NCBI GenBank assembly: GCA_021648525.1
Contig: JAKISP010000001.1
Span: forward strand, 2,061-66,060
DNA from: Gammaproteobacteria bacterium
GTDB taxonomy: Bacteria > Pseudomonadota > Gammaproteobacteria > SZUA-140
Reading direction: 5' to 3'
DNA: 64,000 nucleotides
Shown here in pieces: positions 1-10,355 of the stretch. Position 1 is the first letter of the stretch; the number at the start of each line of letters is the position of its first letter. Below the pieces are notes generated by a model, which was given only the letters and a program-made list of their open reading frames with translations, was not told where the DNA came from and made no database searches. A program made the translations under genes and the position numbers.

Positions 1-1870
1 GGTTAGCTACGACAACTTTAACATGGTTTTCCACGATGCAGACCACTGGAGTGTTGATATCGATGAGGATGGCAGCGACTGGTTTGATCTTCGCTTTGAT
101 ATCGAAATCAATGAGCAACCACTCGCACTATTGCCCCTTATTTCACAAGTACTCACTCATTACGACCCCCAAAACCTCCCAGAGATACTCACTTTAGATC
201 TCGGTAGTAGCCAATACCTGAATATCCCCAGCGAACAGTTAAAACCCGTGCTTAACACGCTATACGAACTCTACGATAGCGACAGCTTACAGGATAACGG
301 CGCACTACGCCTTTCTCGTTTTGATGCCGCTCGCCTGAGTGAGCTGGACTCTCAAAGCACAACCAACCTTCAGTGGCGTGGTGGTGAGTCACTGCGAAAA
401 CTCGGACAACAGCTCAAAGATTTCAACGGTATTACCACTGTCACGCCACCCAAAGGACTCAGGGTTACCCTTCGCGACTACCAGCAACAGGGGCTTAACT
501 GGCTACAATTTCTACGCGAATATGGCTTTGGCGGCATCCTTGCAGATGACATGGGGCTTGGCAAGACCGTTCAAACACTGGCCTATCTACTATTGGAAAA
601 GGAACAGGGCCGTTTAGACAAGCCCTGCCTGGTCGTCGCACCCACCAGCCTCATGAGTAACTGGCGACGTGAAACAGAACAGTTTGCACCCGCGCTAAAA
701 GTACTGGTATTACAGGGGCCAGAACGCCACCAACGGTTTAAACACATCACCGACTATGATCTCGTACTGAGCACTTATCCACTACTTGTCCGTGACCAGG
801 AAGTCCTGTTAACGCATCACTATCACGCATTGATTTTAGATGAAGCTCAGGTGATAAAAAACCCAAAGGCTAAAGCGGCACTGGTGATTCGAAAAATAAA
901 AACCGACCATCGTCTCTGCTTAACGGGCACCCCAATGGAAAATCACTTAGGCGAACTCTGGGCTCTATTTGATTTTCTAATGCCTGGATTTCTGGGTGAT
1001 GCGCGCCATTTTAATACGCTATTTCGTACCCCAATCGAAAAAAATGGTGATGATGAACGACGTCAACAACTGGTACAGAGGATCACTCCATTTATGCTTC
1101 GCCGTACCAAGTCCGAAGTCATCACAGAGCTACCGGATAAAACCGAAATCATTCGCACCGTGACGCTAGACAAAAAACAGGCCGCTTTATACGAAAGCAT
1201 TCGAATTTCCATGGAAAAAAAGGTACGCGAGGCGATCTCAAACAAGGGGCTGGCACGCAGTCACATCACCATTCTCGATGCCCTGCTCAAACTACGCCAG
1301 GTGTGTTGTGATCCACGATTATTATCCCTCACCCAGGCACGTGCAGTAAAAGAGTCAGCAAAACTAGAATTGCTGATGCAACTGGTGCCTGAAATGGTTG
1401 AAGAAGGCCGGCGTATTTTACTCTTTTCGCAATTCACTAAAATGTTAGGACACATCGAAACAGAATTAAACAACCATAACATCCGCTATAGCAAACTCAC
1501 CGGCCAAACCCGCAACCGAGATGCCGCCATCGAGAAATTCAAATCGGGCAAGGCAGAGGTCTTTCTGATCAGCCTCAAAGCCGGCGGCGTAGGGTTAAAC
1601 CTGACCGAGGCCGACACCGTGATTCACTATGACCCCTGGTGGAATCCCGCCGCTGAAAATCAGGCCACAGACCGCGCACACCGCATCGGCCAGAACAAAG
1701 CGGTATTTGTCTACAAACTCATCACGGAAAATAGCGTGGAAGAAAAGATCATCGCCATGCAGGCGAAAAAACAGGCCCTGGCGCAAGGCGTATACAGCAA
1801 AAAAGCACAGGCCAAAGAAGAAAAACTAACCGCGGATGACTTACAGCAACTGTTTGCACCACTATTATAA
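1..1870 (+). CDS. SNF2-family DEAD/DEAH-box helicase. Partial: the 5' end is cut by the window edge and the frame is open back to nt 2.
   Basis: SNF2_N motifs are present (LADDMGLGKTVQ Walker A, DEAQ box LILDEAQVIKN, LTGTPMENHLGELWALFDFL). A Helicase_C region follows (LLFSQFTKMLGHIETEL...ISLKAGGVGLNLTEADTVIHYDPWWNP...DRAHRIGQ). Confidence 0.85.
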   Translation, partial: VSYDNFNMVFHDADHWSVDIDEDGSDWFDLRFDIEINEQPLALLPLISQVLTHYDPQNLPEILTLDLGSSQYLNIPSEQLKPVLNTLYELYDSDSLQDNGALRLSRFDAARLSELDSQSTTNLQWRGGESLRKLGQQLKDFNGITTVTPPKGLRVTLRDYQQQGLNWLQFLREYGFGGILADDMGLGKTVQTLAYLLLEKEQGRLDKPCLVVAPTSLMSNWRRETEQFAPALKVLVLQGPERHQRFKHITDYDLVLSTYPLLVRDQEVLLTHHYHALILDEAQVIKNPKAKAALVIRKIKTDHRLCLTGTPMENHLGELWALFDFLMPGFLGDARHFNTLFRTPIEKNGDDERRQQLVQRITPFMLRRTKSEVITELPDKTEIIRTVTLDKKQAALYESIRISMEKKVREAISNKGLARSHITILDALLKLRQVCCDPRLLSLTQARAVKESAKLELLMQLVPEMVEEGRRILLFSQFTKMLGHIETELNNHNIRYSKLTGQTRNRDAAIEKFKSGKAEVFLISLKAGGVGLNLTEADTVIHYDPWWNPAAENQATDRAHRIGQNKAVFVYKLITENSVEEKIIAMQAKKQALAQGVYSKKAQAKEEKLTADDLQQLFAPLL

Positions 1871-2108
1871 TAGAGCACAAACCATATCAACAGATCAGAA
1901 CCCCTGAGTAAATGTAGCCTGGACTGAGCCTCCAACGAAATCCGGGAGGTCAATGCAACCACTCCCCGGCCAGTTAAAGAAACTCCTTGACAGCTTCTGG
2001 GCTCGATAAATTTTGTACATATCGCCCTGATCGGGCTATTTGTTCAATGCTCCCCAAATCACCCGTGTATACTTAATCTCACCCCTGGCGATTTGAGGTA
2101 GATAAAAA

Positions 2109-2468
2109 ATGCAACATCATGAAAAAATAAACTACGTCGAATTCCCCTCAAAAGACATCAACGCCACCCAGTCATTTTTTAGCAAAGCATTCGGCTGGCA
2201 GTTTGTTGATTACGGTGATGAATACACGGCCTTCAACAATGAAGGGCTCAACGGCGGGTTTTACAAAACAGACTCAACCATGACCGTCGAAAATGGCAGT
2301 GCGCTCATCGTCTTTTACAGCCGAGATTTAGAACAGACGCTGGAGAGGATTGAACCTGCTGGAGGCACCATCAAAAGAGCCATTTTCCCTTTTCCGGGGG
2401 GGCGCCGCTTTCACTTCTGCGATCCCAATGGTAATGAGTACGCGGTGTGGTCTGATAAATATCTGTGA
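2109..2468 (+). CDS. VOC/glyoxalase-bleomycin resistance family protein
   Basis: It is 119 aa with a glyoxalase-like fold signature (FHFCDPNGNEYAVW near the C-terminus). A GAGG Shine-Dalgarno sits about 8 nt upstream. Confidence 0.7.
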   Translation: MQHHEKINYVEFPSKDINATQSFFSKAFGWQFVDYGDEYTAFNNEGLNGGFYKTDSTMTVENGSALIVFYSRDLEQTLERIEPAGGTIKRAIFPFPGGRRFHFCDPNGNEYAVWSDKYL

Positions 2469-2505
2469 TGCAGCAGGGTCTGTTGACGTTTCATTAGACC
2501 CGGTT

Positions 2506-4299
2506 CTATCGACCTCGAATCAGTGCTTTATAAGCATCATTTTGACGAAGCTCAGCAAAGACCGGGCCTTTGATGTCATCCCAGTTGGCAATATCACCAC
2601 CCACGCCTCCCTGCTCAACAAATTGCTTAAGGTAGTCGGTTGCCATTATTATATCGCCCTGCTCACCTGTGCTCTCCAACCGTGTAGTGTATGCAATTGC
2701 AAGCTCATACAAAACGATTTTCAATAAGCCCATATTACGCCCTTTCATTTCATTGACTATCCGTAGGACATCACTCAACGCAGCAATCACAGCATCAGGC
2801 CTTTCTACGATTTTTAACGCACGAGCATAAATCAATATAAGCTGTGCATTCATTCTCCTAAGGCTATCAAAGTGCTCACTACGAATGGTCGTTACAACCT
2901 TTGTACGCTCGATAAAGCCAGGAAATAAAGCCACCAGATCGGCAGCCATCTCCGGTCTCTCTTTAACGATAGTCGTAAAATAATCAAACGCCTGACGATA
3001 ATTCATTGACCGCCTACCCAGCGGGAATTTAGCCAGTGTGTCACTGTGAAATCCCCAGAGGTCAGTTTTATCAACGGGATCATCCAGATAACCACGCGCC
3101 GTCGCGCGTGCTGGAAGCACGCCAGTGAGACGCTCAATACCGCTATTCACTAACTGATCAAGCTGTTCAGAAGTAAACGTTGACTTCATCAATGCGCGAT
3201 AGATATTAAGCGCATCATCATTTCGTTCTAACACTTCCATAAGACGCGCTCTGAGGTATTTTATTTGAGAACCTTTGCGCGAACGCTCAAGGCGATAATC
3301 CAGATCAAATAGCAGCCAGTCAATCACTTCCAGGTGATCCTTAGCGGGTAGCATCTCTATCGATGCTTCAACATTCTCTCCACCACTGTCATTACTACCA
3401 TAAGCACTTAAAGCACCTCGCCGACTATATTTACCAGGTTTCGGCTCACCGCTTTTCATCATGGAGGAAAAGGCATTCAACATAGCAGATAATATTGCCA
3501 GTCTGGGCTCGCCCTTATAATGACCAGATTCATATCCTGCCTGAGTCAGGTAATCAAGCTGCAGTTGGCGAACATACTTTCTCTCCATTCCACCCTGTAA
3601 CGCAAGTGAAAACATCAACCCCGCGGATTTAACATCCACAGCAGTAATCTCACGCGTATTCTTACGTAACAACCAGTGCGCACCCATGGCATTGGCATAA
3701 ATATTATTGGGATCGGCCCTTAGCGCTTGTTCAAACAGTGAATCAACATCGGCACTAGCGGCTAGCGAATACCTTGCCCGTATCACCTGAACCCAGGCGA
3801 TATGTGCCAGTATAGTAGAGAGTTCCTGTTTATCCGCTTCATTCACACTACGGTATAAAACAACCGTAATACGATTTAGAATCTTATCTGCGCGATCATT
3901 GCTAACCTTAAAGTCACGCAACCAGCGTTTGGCCAGTTGATATTGTCCTTTTCGGATTTCAGACAAACCAGGCGATAAAATTAGCGCCTCTTCGTAAACC
4001 TGCCATGCCTGTGAATATGCCTCAGACATCTTCAGCCACTCAGCAGCGTTGATTAGTTCTGAAATGGCGACACGCTTCTCTTCCCAGGCGATGTAATGAC
4101 GCGACAGTGTTATCGTACCGACACAAAGTGAGATCACAGTAACAATGCCACCGAGCCATTTCAGCATGCTCGATATTTTGCTCCAGCGAGTCTTTTTTTG
4201 TGCCGATCTACAGTAGCGACATACACTAGCACCAATGTGTATAGGCTCTTTGCAGCCTACGCACTCGCGCATATTATCTGGCAATGTTTCGCTTAACAT
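2506..4299 (-). CDS. hypothetical membrane-anchored protein with N-terminal zinc ribbon and large alpha-helical (TPR-like) domain
   Basis: The N-terminus carries a CxxC...CxxC pair (CVGCKEP...CRYCRS). A single predicted TM helix follows (LKWLGGIVTVISLCVGTITL), then a roughly 500 aa helical repeat region. I recognised no catalytic motif. Confidence 0.55.
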   Translation of the reverse strand: MLSETLPDNMRECVGCKEPIHIGASVCRYCRSAQKKTRWSKISSMLKWLGGIVTVISLCVGTITLSRHYIAWEEKRVAISELINAAEWLKMSEAYSQAWQVYEEALILSPGLSEIRKGQYQLAKRWLRDFKVSNDRADKILNRITVVLYRSVNEADKQELSTILAHIAWVQVIRARYSLAASADVDSLFEQALRADPNNIYANAMGAHWLLRKNTREITAVDVKSAGLMFSLALQGGMERKYVRQLQLDYLTQAGYESGHYKGEPRLAILSAMLNAFSSMMKSGEPKPGKYSRRGALSAYGSNDSGGENVEASIEMLPAKDHLEVIDWLLFDLDYRLERSRKGSQIKYLRARLMEVLERNDDALNIYRALMKSTFTSEQLDQLVNSGIERLTGVLPARATARGYLDDPVDKTDLWGFHSDTLAKFPLGRRSMNYRQAFDYFTTIVKERPEMAADLVALFPGFIERTKVVTTIRSEHFDSLRRMNAQLILIYARALKIVERPDAVIAALSDVLRIVNEMKGRNMGLLKIVLYELAIAYTTRLESTGEQGDIIMATDYLKQFVEQGGVGGDIANWDDIKGPVFAELRQNDAYKALIRGR

Positions 4300-4445
4300 G
4301 ACACTGACTAATTAACCCCGCTTATTTTCGACTTGCCATTAAAGATTGTTCAGCTGGCTGCTATGGCTTCATCATAAAGAGTAGAAATATATTTATCCAC
4401 TCACGGCTGTCCCATTAACTTATCGTCTCGTAATAGACCCCCTCT

Positions 4446-5519
4446 TTACAACTGCTCCACCCGGTATCCCTTCAATTGTAACAGCGTGATAATCCCCTGT
4501 TCTCCACCAGGGTGTCCTGCACCGACAACCACAAAACAGATACAACCACCCCGTAACATCTCATCAATGCCATCTGCCATGGCGCTATTTCTGTCGGTGA
4601 TCATAATACGGTTAAGTTCACTGATTTCAGCACTCTCCATTACGTCACCCACCACTAGTTGATCCAGAGCCAGAACATCGCCAGCCTGCCATGCATCCAG
4701 CATGGTATCAAAATACGCTGCGGCAGTTTTCACATCCTGGAGTGTCTGTTTTAACATCGCAATCTGGACTTTCTGAGACAAACCACTCAGCAATGCCAAT
4801 TGTTTCTGCACCGACTCTAGTTCGCGAATCGGCTTGTTTGTTTTCTTCGCCATCTCCATAAAGTGCCGATCAATCCCCAGTGATTCATCAAGACCAATTC
4901 CCTTTAGTGCTATCGTGGTTAATGTCATCGAGGCAAACCATGGTCTCATCCCCGCCAATATCGAAACGGGGATACCCAGAGCAGCAGAGGTGACACCCAA
5001 CTCGTCCCACATATCCGCATTCAGGATGGTCTTCAAGGTTGTGCCGTCACTATACATGCCACTATTCATCATCATGTGCGCCATCGTCGTCGTATCAGCA
5101 TCCAGCACGTTTGCCTCAACTACCAATGCATCCGAAGCTTTAAAGGCATTGAGTAGTACGACTGGTAGCGGATACATCGACGCCTTGCCGAAATGAATCG
5201 ACCCCATCAGATAACCCTGCTGCTTCCCTTTGGTTAATCGCCATGCAAAATTATGGCTACCCACTGTTTTTTTAGCGGGTGTTTCTTTCGCTAATGATTT
5301 CCTGCTTTTCTCAGGCAAGATTACAACAGAGGAAGGGGCTTCTATTCCAGCGCTGGCAGATGGGGAACTAAGCTTTTCTTCATGATCAGCCGTATGACAA
5401 GGGCTATCCTGAAAGGCAACACGCCCCATCGCATCTCGACATTTGAAAATTTCACCTGCAAAGAGAGGTGCCACTGAAAAATTGAGTGACAACAATAGCA
5501 AAGCCATCAGGCGACTCAT
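4446..5519 (-). CDS. TraB/GumN family protein with DUF4124-like N-terminal domain, secreted
   Basis: A signal peptide is present (MSRLMALLLLSLNFSVAPLFA). The IFKCRDAMGRVAFQDSPC segment is DUF4124-like. The TraB/GumN core is SIHFGKASMYPLP...ADALVVEANV and the C-terminal GAGHPGGEQGIITLLQLKGYRVEQL. A GAGGTG Shine-Dalgarno lies upstream. Confidence 0.7.
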   Translation of the reverse strand: MSRLMALLLLSLNFSVAPLFAGEIFKCRDAMGRVAFQDSPCHTADHEEKLSSPSASAGIEAPSSVVILPEKSRKSLAKETPAKKTVGSHNFAWRLTKGKQQGYLMGSIHFGKASMYPLPVVLLNAFKASDALVVEANVLDADTTTMAHMMMNSGMYSDGTTLKTILNADMWDELGVTSAALGIPVSILAGMRPWFASMTLTTIALKGIGLDESLGIDRHFMEMAKKTNKPIRELESVQKQLALLSGLSQKVQIAMLKQTLQDVKTAAAYFDTMLDAWQAGDVLALDQLVVGDVMESAEISELNRIMITDRNSAMADGIDEMLRGGCICFVVVGAGHPGGEQGIITLLQLKGYRVEQL

Positions 5520-5588
5520 CGAAACACCTCAACAAAAATCAGATTGAATGCCATGCCGATTATTTTTTTCAAGCAAAAAAGTAAAAAT

Positions 5589-5939
5589 CTATCTGGAAAA
5601 ACAATTCAAATCAAGCACCTCGACCTTACCCATCCACATCGCATAATCCCGATGGTCTCGCAGCTCATCACCACTCAGCGGATGAACCAATATTGTCAGT
5701 CCGTCACGGTGTAGTGCCAGCCATGGCACCAGCGCTGAGAAAATTTCAGGTGAAAAGACTAACTGACAACTCCAGCATGGATGAGGACCCACGGATTTCT
5801 GATGCACACGCCCCATCTCAATATCAAAAAGAGCGGCAGCGCTTTCGCACAAGGCCTGCGCCTGCGCTAGTGTCTCCGCAGAAAAATAGACATGCGCGTG
5901 ATAACCGCTAATATCGCCAACAGATGGTACGCTACTCAT
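5589..5939 (-). CDS. DOPA 4,5-dioxygenase-like (DODA/YgiD family) small dioxygenase
   Basis: It is 116 aa with the characteristic YHAHVYF motif near the N-terminus. It starts 6 nt downstream of the preceding response-regulator gene. Confidence 0.55.
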   Translation of the reverse strand: MSSVPSVGDISGYHAHVYFSAETLAQAQALCESAAALFDIEMGRVHQKSVGPHPCWSCQLVFSPEIFSALVPWLALHRDGLTILVHPLSGDELRDHRDYAMWMGKVEVLDLNCFSR

Positions 5940-5945
5940 AAATAG

Positions 5946-6752
5946 TTACTCACTCAGAATTTTTTTAATCAACGATCTCACTTCACCCGGCTCAAATGGC
6001 TTATCACATAATGCCGATATACCCGCCTGTTTAACCCCAGCAAGCTGACTGCTGTTGGCCTCACTGGTCACCATTAAAATCGGAATCGATTTCTGCACAC
6101 CCTTTTCTCGCACATGCTTAGTCAACTCCTGCCCATCCATCTCCGGCATATTGTAGTCAGTGACAATCAGATCAAACAGACGCCCATCCATGCATTTAAG
6201 CGCCTCTTTACCATTCACCGCCTGCACAATATTAATAATACCAAGGTTATTTAATACGCGGCAGATATGCTTACGCGCCGTAACGCTATCATCCACCACC
6301 AATACGAGTAGCTCATCAAGTTCAATCTCTTCCAGCTCCAGATTCTCCGGCTCGATAAATTCCAGCGTTGAGTAGAGCGCCTTTTTCAGATCTTCTGGAT
6401 CAAACGGCTTAGAAAGAATGGCCACCACCCCCGCCTGCCTTGCAGGTTCCAGGTAGTAGTCTGAATGTTCACTAGAGACAACCATGAACGGGATATGCTC
6501 AAGCGCATCATCCGCGCGCATTTTTTGTACCAGTTCGGTACCACTCATATCGGGTAGATGCATCGCACTGACTACCAGATCGGGTTGATACTGCTGCATA
6601 TCTTTTAATGCAGACTCACCATCGCTAAACCAGTCGACCTTGCTCAACCCTAGTTTATTGAGGTGACCCTCAATCACTTTTCGCTGAGTGGATGAAGGCT
6701 CGATAAAGGTCACGGCAAGATCCGCAATATTCATGGTTCTTTCGCTCATCAT
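5946..6752 (-). CDS. tandem receiver-domain response regulator (degenerate N-terminal REC + canonical C-terminal REC, no output domain)
   Basis: The second domain has the DD pair (VVDDSVT), a phospho-acceptor Asp context (LIVTDYNMPEMDG) and T/K positions (MVTSE). The first domain has the same fold but EPS replaces DD and VVSAMHLPDMSG replaces the Asp position. An AGGGAG Shine-Dalgarno is present. Confidence 0.8.
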   Translation of the reverse strand: MMSERTMNIADLAVTFIEPSSTQRKVIEGHLNKLGLSKVDWFSDGESALKDMQQYQPDLVVSAMHLPDMSGTELVQKMRADDALEHIPFMVVSSEHSDYYLEPARQAGVVAILSKPFDPEDLKKALYSTLEFIEPENLELEEIELDELLVLVVDDSVTARKHICRVLNNLGIINIVQAVNGKEALKCMDGRLFDLIVTDYNMPEMDGQELTKHVREKGVQKSIPILMVTSEANSSQLAGVKQAGISALCDKPFEPGEVRSLIKKILSE

Positions 6753-6852
6753 AACTCCCTGATTAAAACCAGATCTAAATCGGAGGGCATTCCTGTTAAC
6801 ACCCGCTGGATTTGTACCTATCGGCCTTTAAAACAATCCTTTTAGGTCCGTG

Positions 6853-8214
6853 TTAAGGCCAGATACCACGCGCCAATGTCACTTTCACCAGGTGTTCAAT
6901 CGATACCACCAGTGCCGCAGTGCGTAGATCAACGGGATCACAGTGGCAAGGTTCTCCATTGGCATCCACGGTCGGTTCATGTTGAGTCTCTGCCGACAAG
7001 CGACTCCAGCGATCCACTACCCGGTCAACCGCCTTGTGTATCTTGTGCTTTAGCTTGCGATTAACCACCCCCAGTTCCCACTGCTCATTCTCGAAATTTT
7101 GCACCCACTCGTAATAACTAACCACCACACCACCCGCATTCACCAGGATATCGGGTAGCAGACAGACACCATTGCTAAACAAGATGGCATCGGCACCTGG
7201 TGTGGTGGGGCCATTGGCCGCTTCAACCACCAGCTTTGCTTTAATACGTGCCGCATTACCTTTGTGGATCTGATTACTCTGTGCGGCAGGGATGAGTACA
7301 TCGCAATCCAGTTCTAGCAGGTCTTCGTTCGTTACCGACATGGTATCCGGCACACCCACCACGGTGCGGTGTATCTGTTTATATTCAATCACCGCCTCAA
7401 CATCCAGGCCGTGCTCATCGTAAATTCCACCCTGACTATCACTCACGCCGACGATAATCGCCCCCGCCTCGCTAAATAGCTGCGCCGCAATCGCCCCTAC
7501 ATTACCAAATCCCTGCACCACCACCCGCGCACCGGCAAGACTTTGAAAACTGCATAATGTGGTTTGATCAAGAAAACGCTGCGTTGCATAGAGTGCACCA
7601 CGTGCGGTCGCCTCGCGTCGTCCCAGTGAACCACCCAGCTCAACCGGTTTACCCGTCACCACCGGGCGATTATTACGCCTTGGGTGCATCACATCATAGG
7701 TATCATAAATCCACGCCATGGTCTGCGCATTGGTGTACATATCTGGCGCTGGAATATCGGAATGCGGGCCAATGTTATCCCCTAGTTCTGTGATATATCG
7801 ACGAGTAATGCGGCGCAACTCATCCTCGCTCAATGATTTTACATCACACACCACTCCACCCTTGGCACCCCCAAATGGAATATCCACCAGTGCACATTTC
7901 CAGGTCATTTCGGCGGCAAGAAATTTCACCTCCTCCACGGTCAGGTCAGCATGGTAACGAATACCGCCTTTACCCGGCCCTAACACGCGATTATGCACCA
8001 CTCGGAAACCTTCGAAGACCTGTACCGAGCCATCATCCATTTCGACTGGAAAACTGACACTAATGGTACGCTTAGGTGCATGCAGGAAACCAAACAGGCC
8101 ACGATGAAAGCCATCCAGCAGGCGGGTGGCGCACTGCAACCGCTGCATACTGGTTCTCGATAGATCCAGATCTTCCGGGTCTATTTGATTCATCGGAGTA
8201 TCAATACTTGTCAT
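6853..8214 (-). CDS. gdhA: NAD(P)-dependent glutamate dehydrogenase (Glu/Leu/Phe/Val dehydrogenase family)
   Basis: The active-site Lys region is present (GGAKGG in DIPFGGAKGGVVCD). A Rossmann GFGNVG motif is present. Length is 453 aa. Confidence 0.9.
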   Translation of the reverse strand: MTSIDTPMNQIDPEDLDLSRTSMQRLQCATRLLDGFHRGLFGFLHAPKRTISVSFPVEMDDGSVQVFEGFRVVHNRVLGPGKGGIRYHADLTVEEVKFLAAEMTWKCALVDIPFGGAKGGVVCDVKSLSEDELRRITRRYITELGDNIGPHSDIPAPDMYTNAQTMAWIYDTYDVMHPRRNNRPVVTGKPVELGGSLGRREATARGALYATQRFLDQTTLCSFQSLAGARVVVQGFGNVGAIAAQLFSEAGAIIVGVSDSQGGIYDEHGLDVEAVIEYKQIHRTVVGVPDTMSVTNEDLLELDCDVLIPAAQSNQIHKGNAARIKAKLVVEAANGPTTPGADAILFSNGVCLLPDILVNAGGVVVSYYEWVQNFENEQWELGVVNRKLKHKIHKAVDRVVDRWSRLSAETQHEPTVDANGEPCHCDPVDLRTAALVVSIEHLVKVTLARGIWP

Positions 8215-8311
8215 TCACCAACCTCTGTGCAAAATTTCAAACGTACGGGTAGTAGCGCCATTGTTAAGCCGATAGTATAGTCACAGATATTTGCAACTAT
8301 AAGGAAGAATC

Positions 8312-9148
8312 ATGCAGCCATCCCCACAGTACAACAAGGGTAGTATTTTCGCCACACTCAGCTTCACATTGCTGGCAGCATTTTCGGTATCAGCAATAGC
8401 AAATGATTCCACTGATGCCAAATTACAACAGGCAATTGCTGGTGACCACCGTAGCGCAAAGAACAGCGCACGAGACCAGTACCGAAAACCATTAGAAACA
8501 CTGAGCTGGTTAGGCATAAAAGATGATATGACCGTGGTCGAGATCACCCCCGGTGGCGGCTGGTACAGTGAAATACTCGCCCCCTACCTGAAAGAAAATG
8601 GCACCTTCTATGCGGCCGGTTTTGATGGCGAATCCAAAACCAGATATTTTCGTAAATCAGCCCGGGCCTTCAAAAAGAAACTAGCTGCCAACCCAACTGT
8701 TTATGGCAACGTAAAAGTCACCGAGATAGCACCACCCAGCAAGACTAACATTGCACCCGCCGGTTCTGCGGACATGGTACTAACCTTCCGCAATGTTCAT
8801 AACTGGATGAGCGCTGGCAATTCCGATGCCATACTAGCGACAATGTACACCGCACTGAAACCAGGCGGCATACTGGGCGTAGTAGAACACCGCGGCAACC
8901 CTGAGGTAAAACAGAACCTCAAGGCAAAGTCAGGCTATGTAAATGAGGCCTACACGATTGCGATGGTAGAAAAGGCAGGCTTCAAGCTGGTCGAAAAATC
9001 AGAACTGCTTGCCAATTCAAAAGATAGTCGTAACCATCCTAAAGGGGTCTGGACACTGCTGCCAAACCTTAAACTGGGTAATAAAGACAAAGAGAAATAC
9101 CTCGCGATTGGCGAAAGCGACCGCATGCTGCTTAAGTTTGTTAAATAA
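8312..9148 (+). CDS. class I SAM-dependent methyltransferase with signal peptide
   Basis: There is an N-terminal signal peptide (TLSFTLLAAFSVSAIA). Methyltransferase motif I is the VVEITPGGGWYSEILAP-like G-rich loop. An AAGGAAG Shine-Dalgarno is present. Confidence 0.6.
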   Translation: MQPSPQYNKGSIFATLSFTLLAAFSVSAIANDSTDAKLQQAIAGDHRSAKNSARDQYRKPLETLSWLGIKDDMTVVEITPGGGWYSEILAPYLKENGTFYAAGFDGESKTRYFRKSARAFKKKLAANPTVYGNVKVTEIAPPSKTNIAPAGSADMVLTFRNVHNWMSAGNSDAILATMYTALKPGGILGVVEHRGNPEVKQNLKAKSGYVNEAYTIAMVEKAGFKLVEKSELLANSKDSRNHPKGVWTLLPNLKLGNKDKEKYLAIGESDRMLLKFVK

Positions 9149-9168
9149 GACAGGGGCTGAAAAATATT

Positions 9169-9474
9169 ATGTATATAGCGATGAATCGATTCAGGATCGC
9201 ACTGGGCAGTGAACAGGCGTTCATCGATATCTGGAAAAATCGCGATACCTTTTTAAGTGAGGTACCCGGTTTTAAGGACTTTAATCTGCTGCAAGGGCCA
9301 ACCAACGAAGAGCACACGCTATTTGCATCTCACTCTGTCTGGGAATCAAAAGACGACTTCGAAAACTGGACCCAATCGGAGGCGTTCAGAAAGGCACACG
9401 CCAATGCAGGTGGAGCGAAAAAAAATATCTACTTAGGCCCGCCACAATTTGAAGGGTTTGAATCAGTCGTTTAA
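9169..9474 (+). CDS. antibiotic-biosynthesis-monooxygenase (ABM) family protein
   Basis: It is 101 aa with an ABM ferredoxin-like fold signature. The start NRFRI... is typical. Confidence 0.55.
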   Translation: MYIAMNRFRIALGSEQAFIDIWKNRDTFLSEVPGFKDFNLLQGPTNEEHTLFASHSVWESKDDFENWTQSEAFRKAHANAGGAKKNIYLGPPQFEGFESVV

Positions 9475-9512
9475 TTGAAAACAAAGGGAAATGGGCCTAA
9501 GCTGAATTTAGC

Positions 9513-10160
9513 TTAGGCCCATAGCTCCAGTACAAAGTGTCGCATCACAGAACCCAACAGGTCACTGCGAGTAATCATTCCCACCAGCTGGCCTCCATCG
9601 ACAATCGGCACCGCACCAATGTGGCGTTCGACAAAGAGTCGTGCAATATAGCGCACATCAGTCTCAATACCGGCCGTTAATACCGGCGACTGCATCAACG
9701 TCCTCACTTGAGTTGCCCCTCCCCGCGCCGGCGGCTGCAACCTGTCAATACCCGCGAGGTATCGCAACAGATCACGATCTGAGACCATACCGACCAGGTC
9801 GCCCGTCTCATCCACCACTAGCAAGTGACGAAAATTTCGCTCACTAAAAAGCTGCATCGCCTCATCCACCATGGTCGCTGGTGTCAGCGTCATCACCGGC
9901 GAAGTCATGATTTGTCTTGCCATTAATTTATCGACCGGCAGCTGTTCGGTCGCCTGATAAGCGGCACGCGCCACACCGCTCATCAAATGCTCGGCAACCA
10001 GCACATCGTCTTCGAATTTATGCTGCGGGTGATGTTCTTCATTGATCGCGCGCTTCGGGGCAATCGCTGCCGTCTCCTCCACTTCTCGGTAAGGAAAGAG
10101 TTTTGTTAATGGCACCGGATTGTTGATACCTGGGCCAATCAAAATAAATGCCATAGCCAC
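9513..10160 (-). CDS. CBS domain-containing protein (two CBS motifs)
   Basis: There are two CBS repeats (IMTSPVMTLTP...HLLVVDETGDLVGMVSDRDLL and LMQSPVLTA...AVPIVDGGQLVGMITRSDLL). A GAGGTGG Shine-Dalgarno is present. Confidence 0.75.
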   Translation of the reverse strand: MAMAFILIGPGINNPVPLTKLFPYREVEETAAIAPKRAINEEHHPQHKFEDDVLVAEHLMSGVARAAYQATEQLPVDKLMARQIMTSPVMTLTPATMVDEAMQLFSERNFRHLLVVDETGDLVGMVSDRDLLRYLAGIDRLQPPARGGATQVRTLMQSPVLTAGIETDVRYIARLFVERHIGAVPIVDGGQLVGMITRSDLLGSVMRHFVLELWA

Positions 10161-10310
10161 CTCTCAAGATGATAAACCACCCATCAATTAGTTGCCTGAA
10201 CGATACATGCCTTGATGTCGAGCCGTCCACTACTCAGTTCCCTCTCACAGGCGCGACAATTTGCCGCGCGACACTGTCGTCACATTCTCGCACATGGAAA
10301 CGGCAGTGAC

Positions 10311-10335
10311 ACAAAAAGTGGGCATTGCTGCCCAC
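10311..10335 (-). terminator. intrinsic terminator downstream of guaA
   Basis: On the minus strand there is a GTGGGCA-GCAA-TGCCCAC hairpin followed by TTTTTGTGT. It lies between the guaA stop (10356) and the CBS gene. Confidence 0.55.
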
Positions 10336-10355
10336 CTTTATCAAAGAGCTAACCG

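Noticed and set aside
1871-2108. Possible sigma70 promoter (TTGACA ... TACATA) upstream of the glyoxalase gene
   Set aside because: Spacer lengths of 14 or 23 nt to the candidate -10 hexamers are far from the 17 +/- 1 optimum, so this is not a reportable feature.
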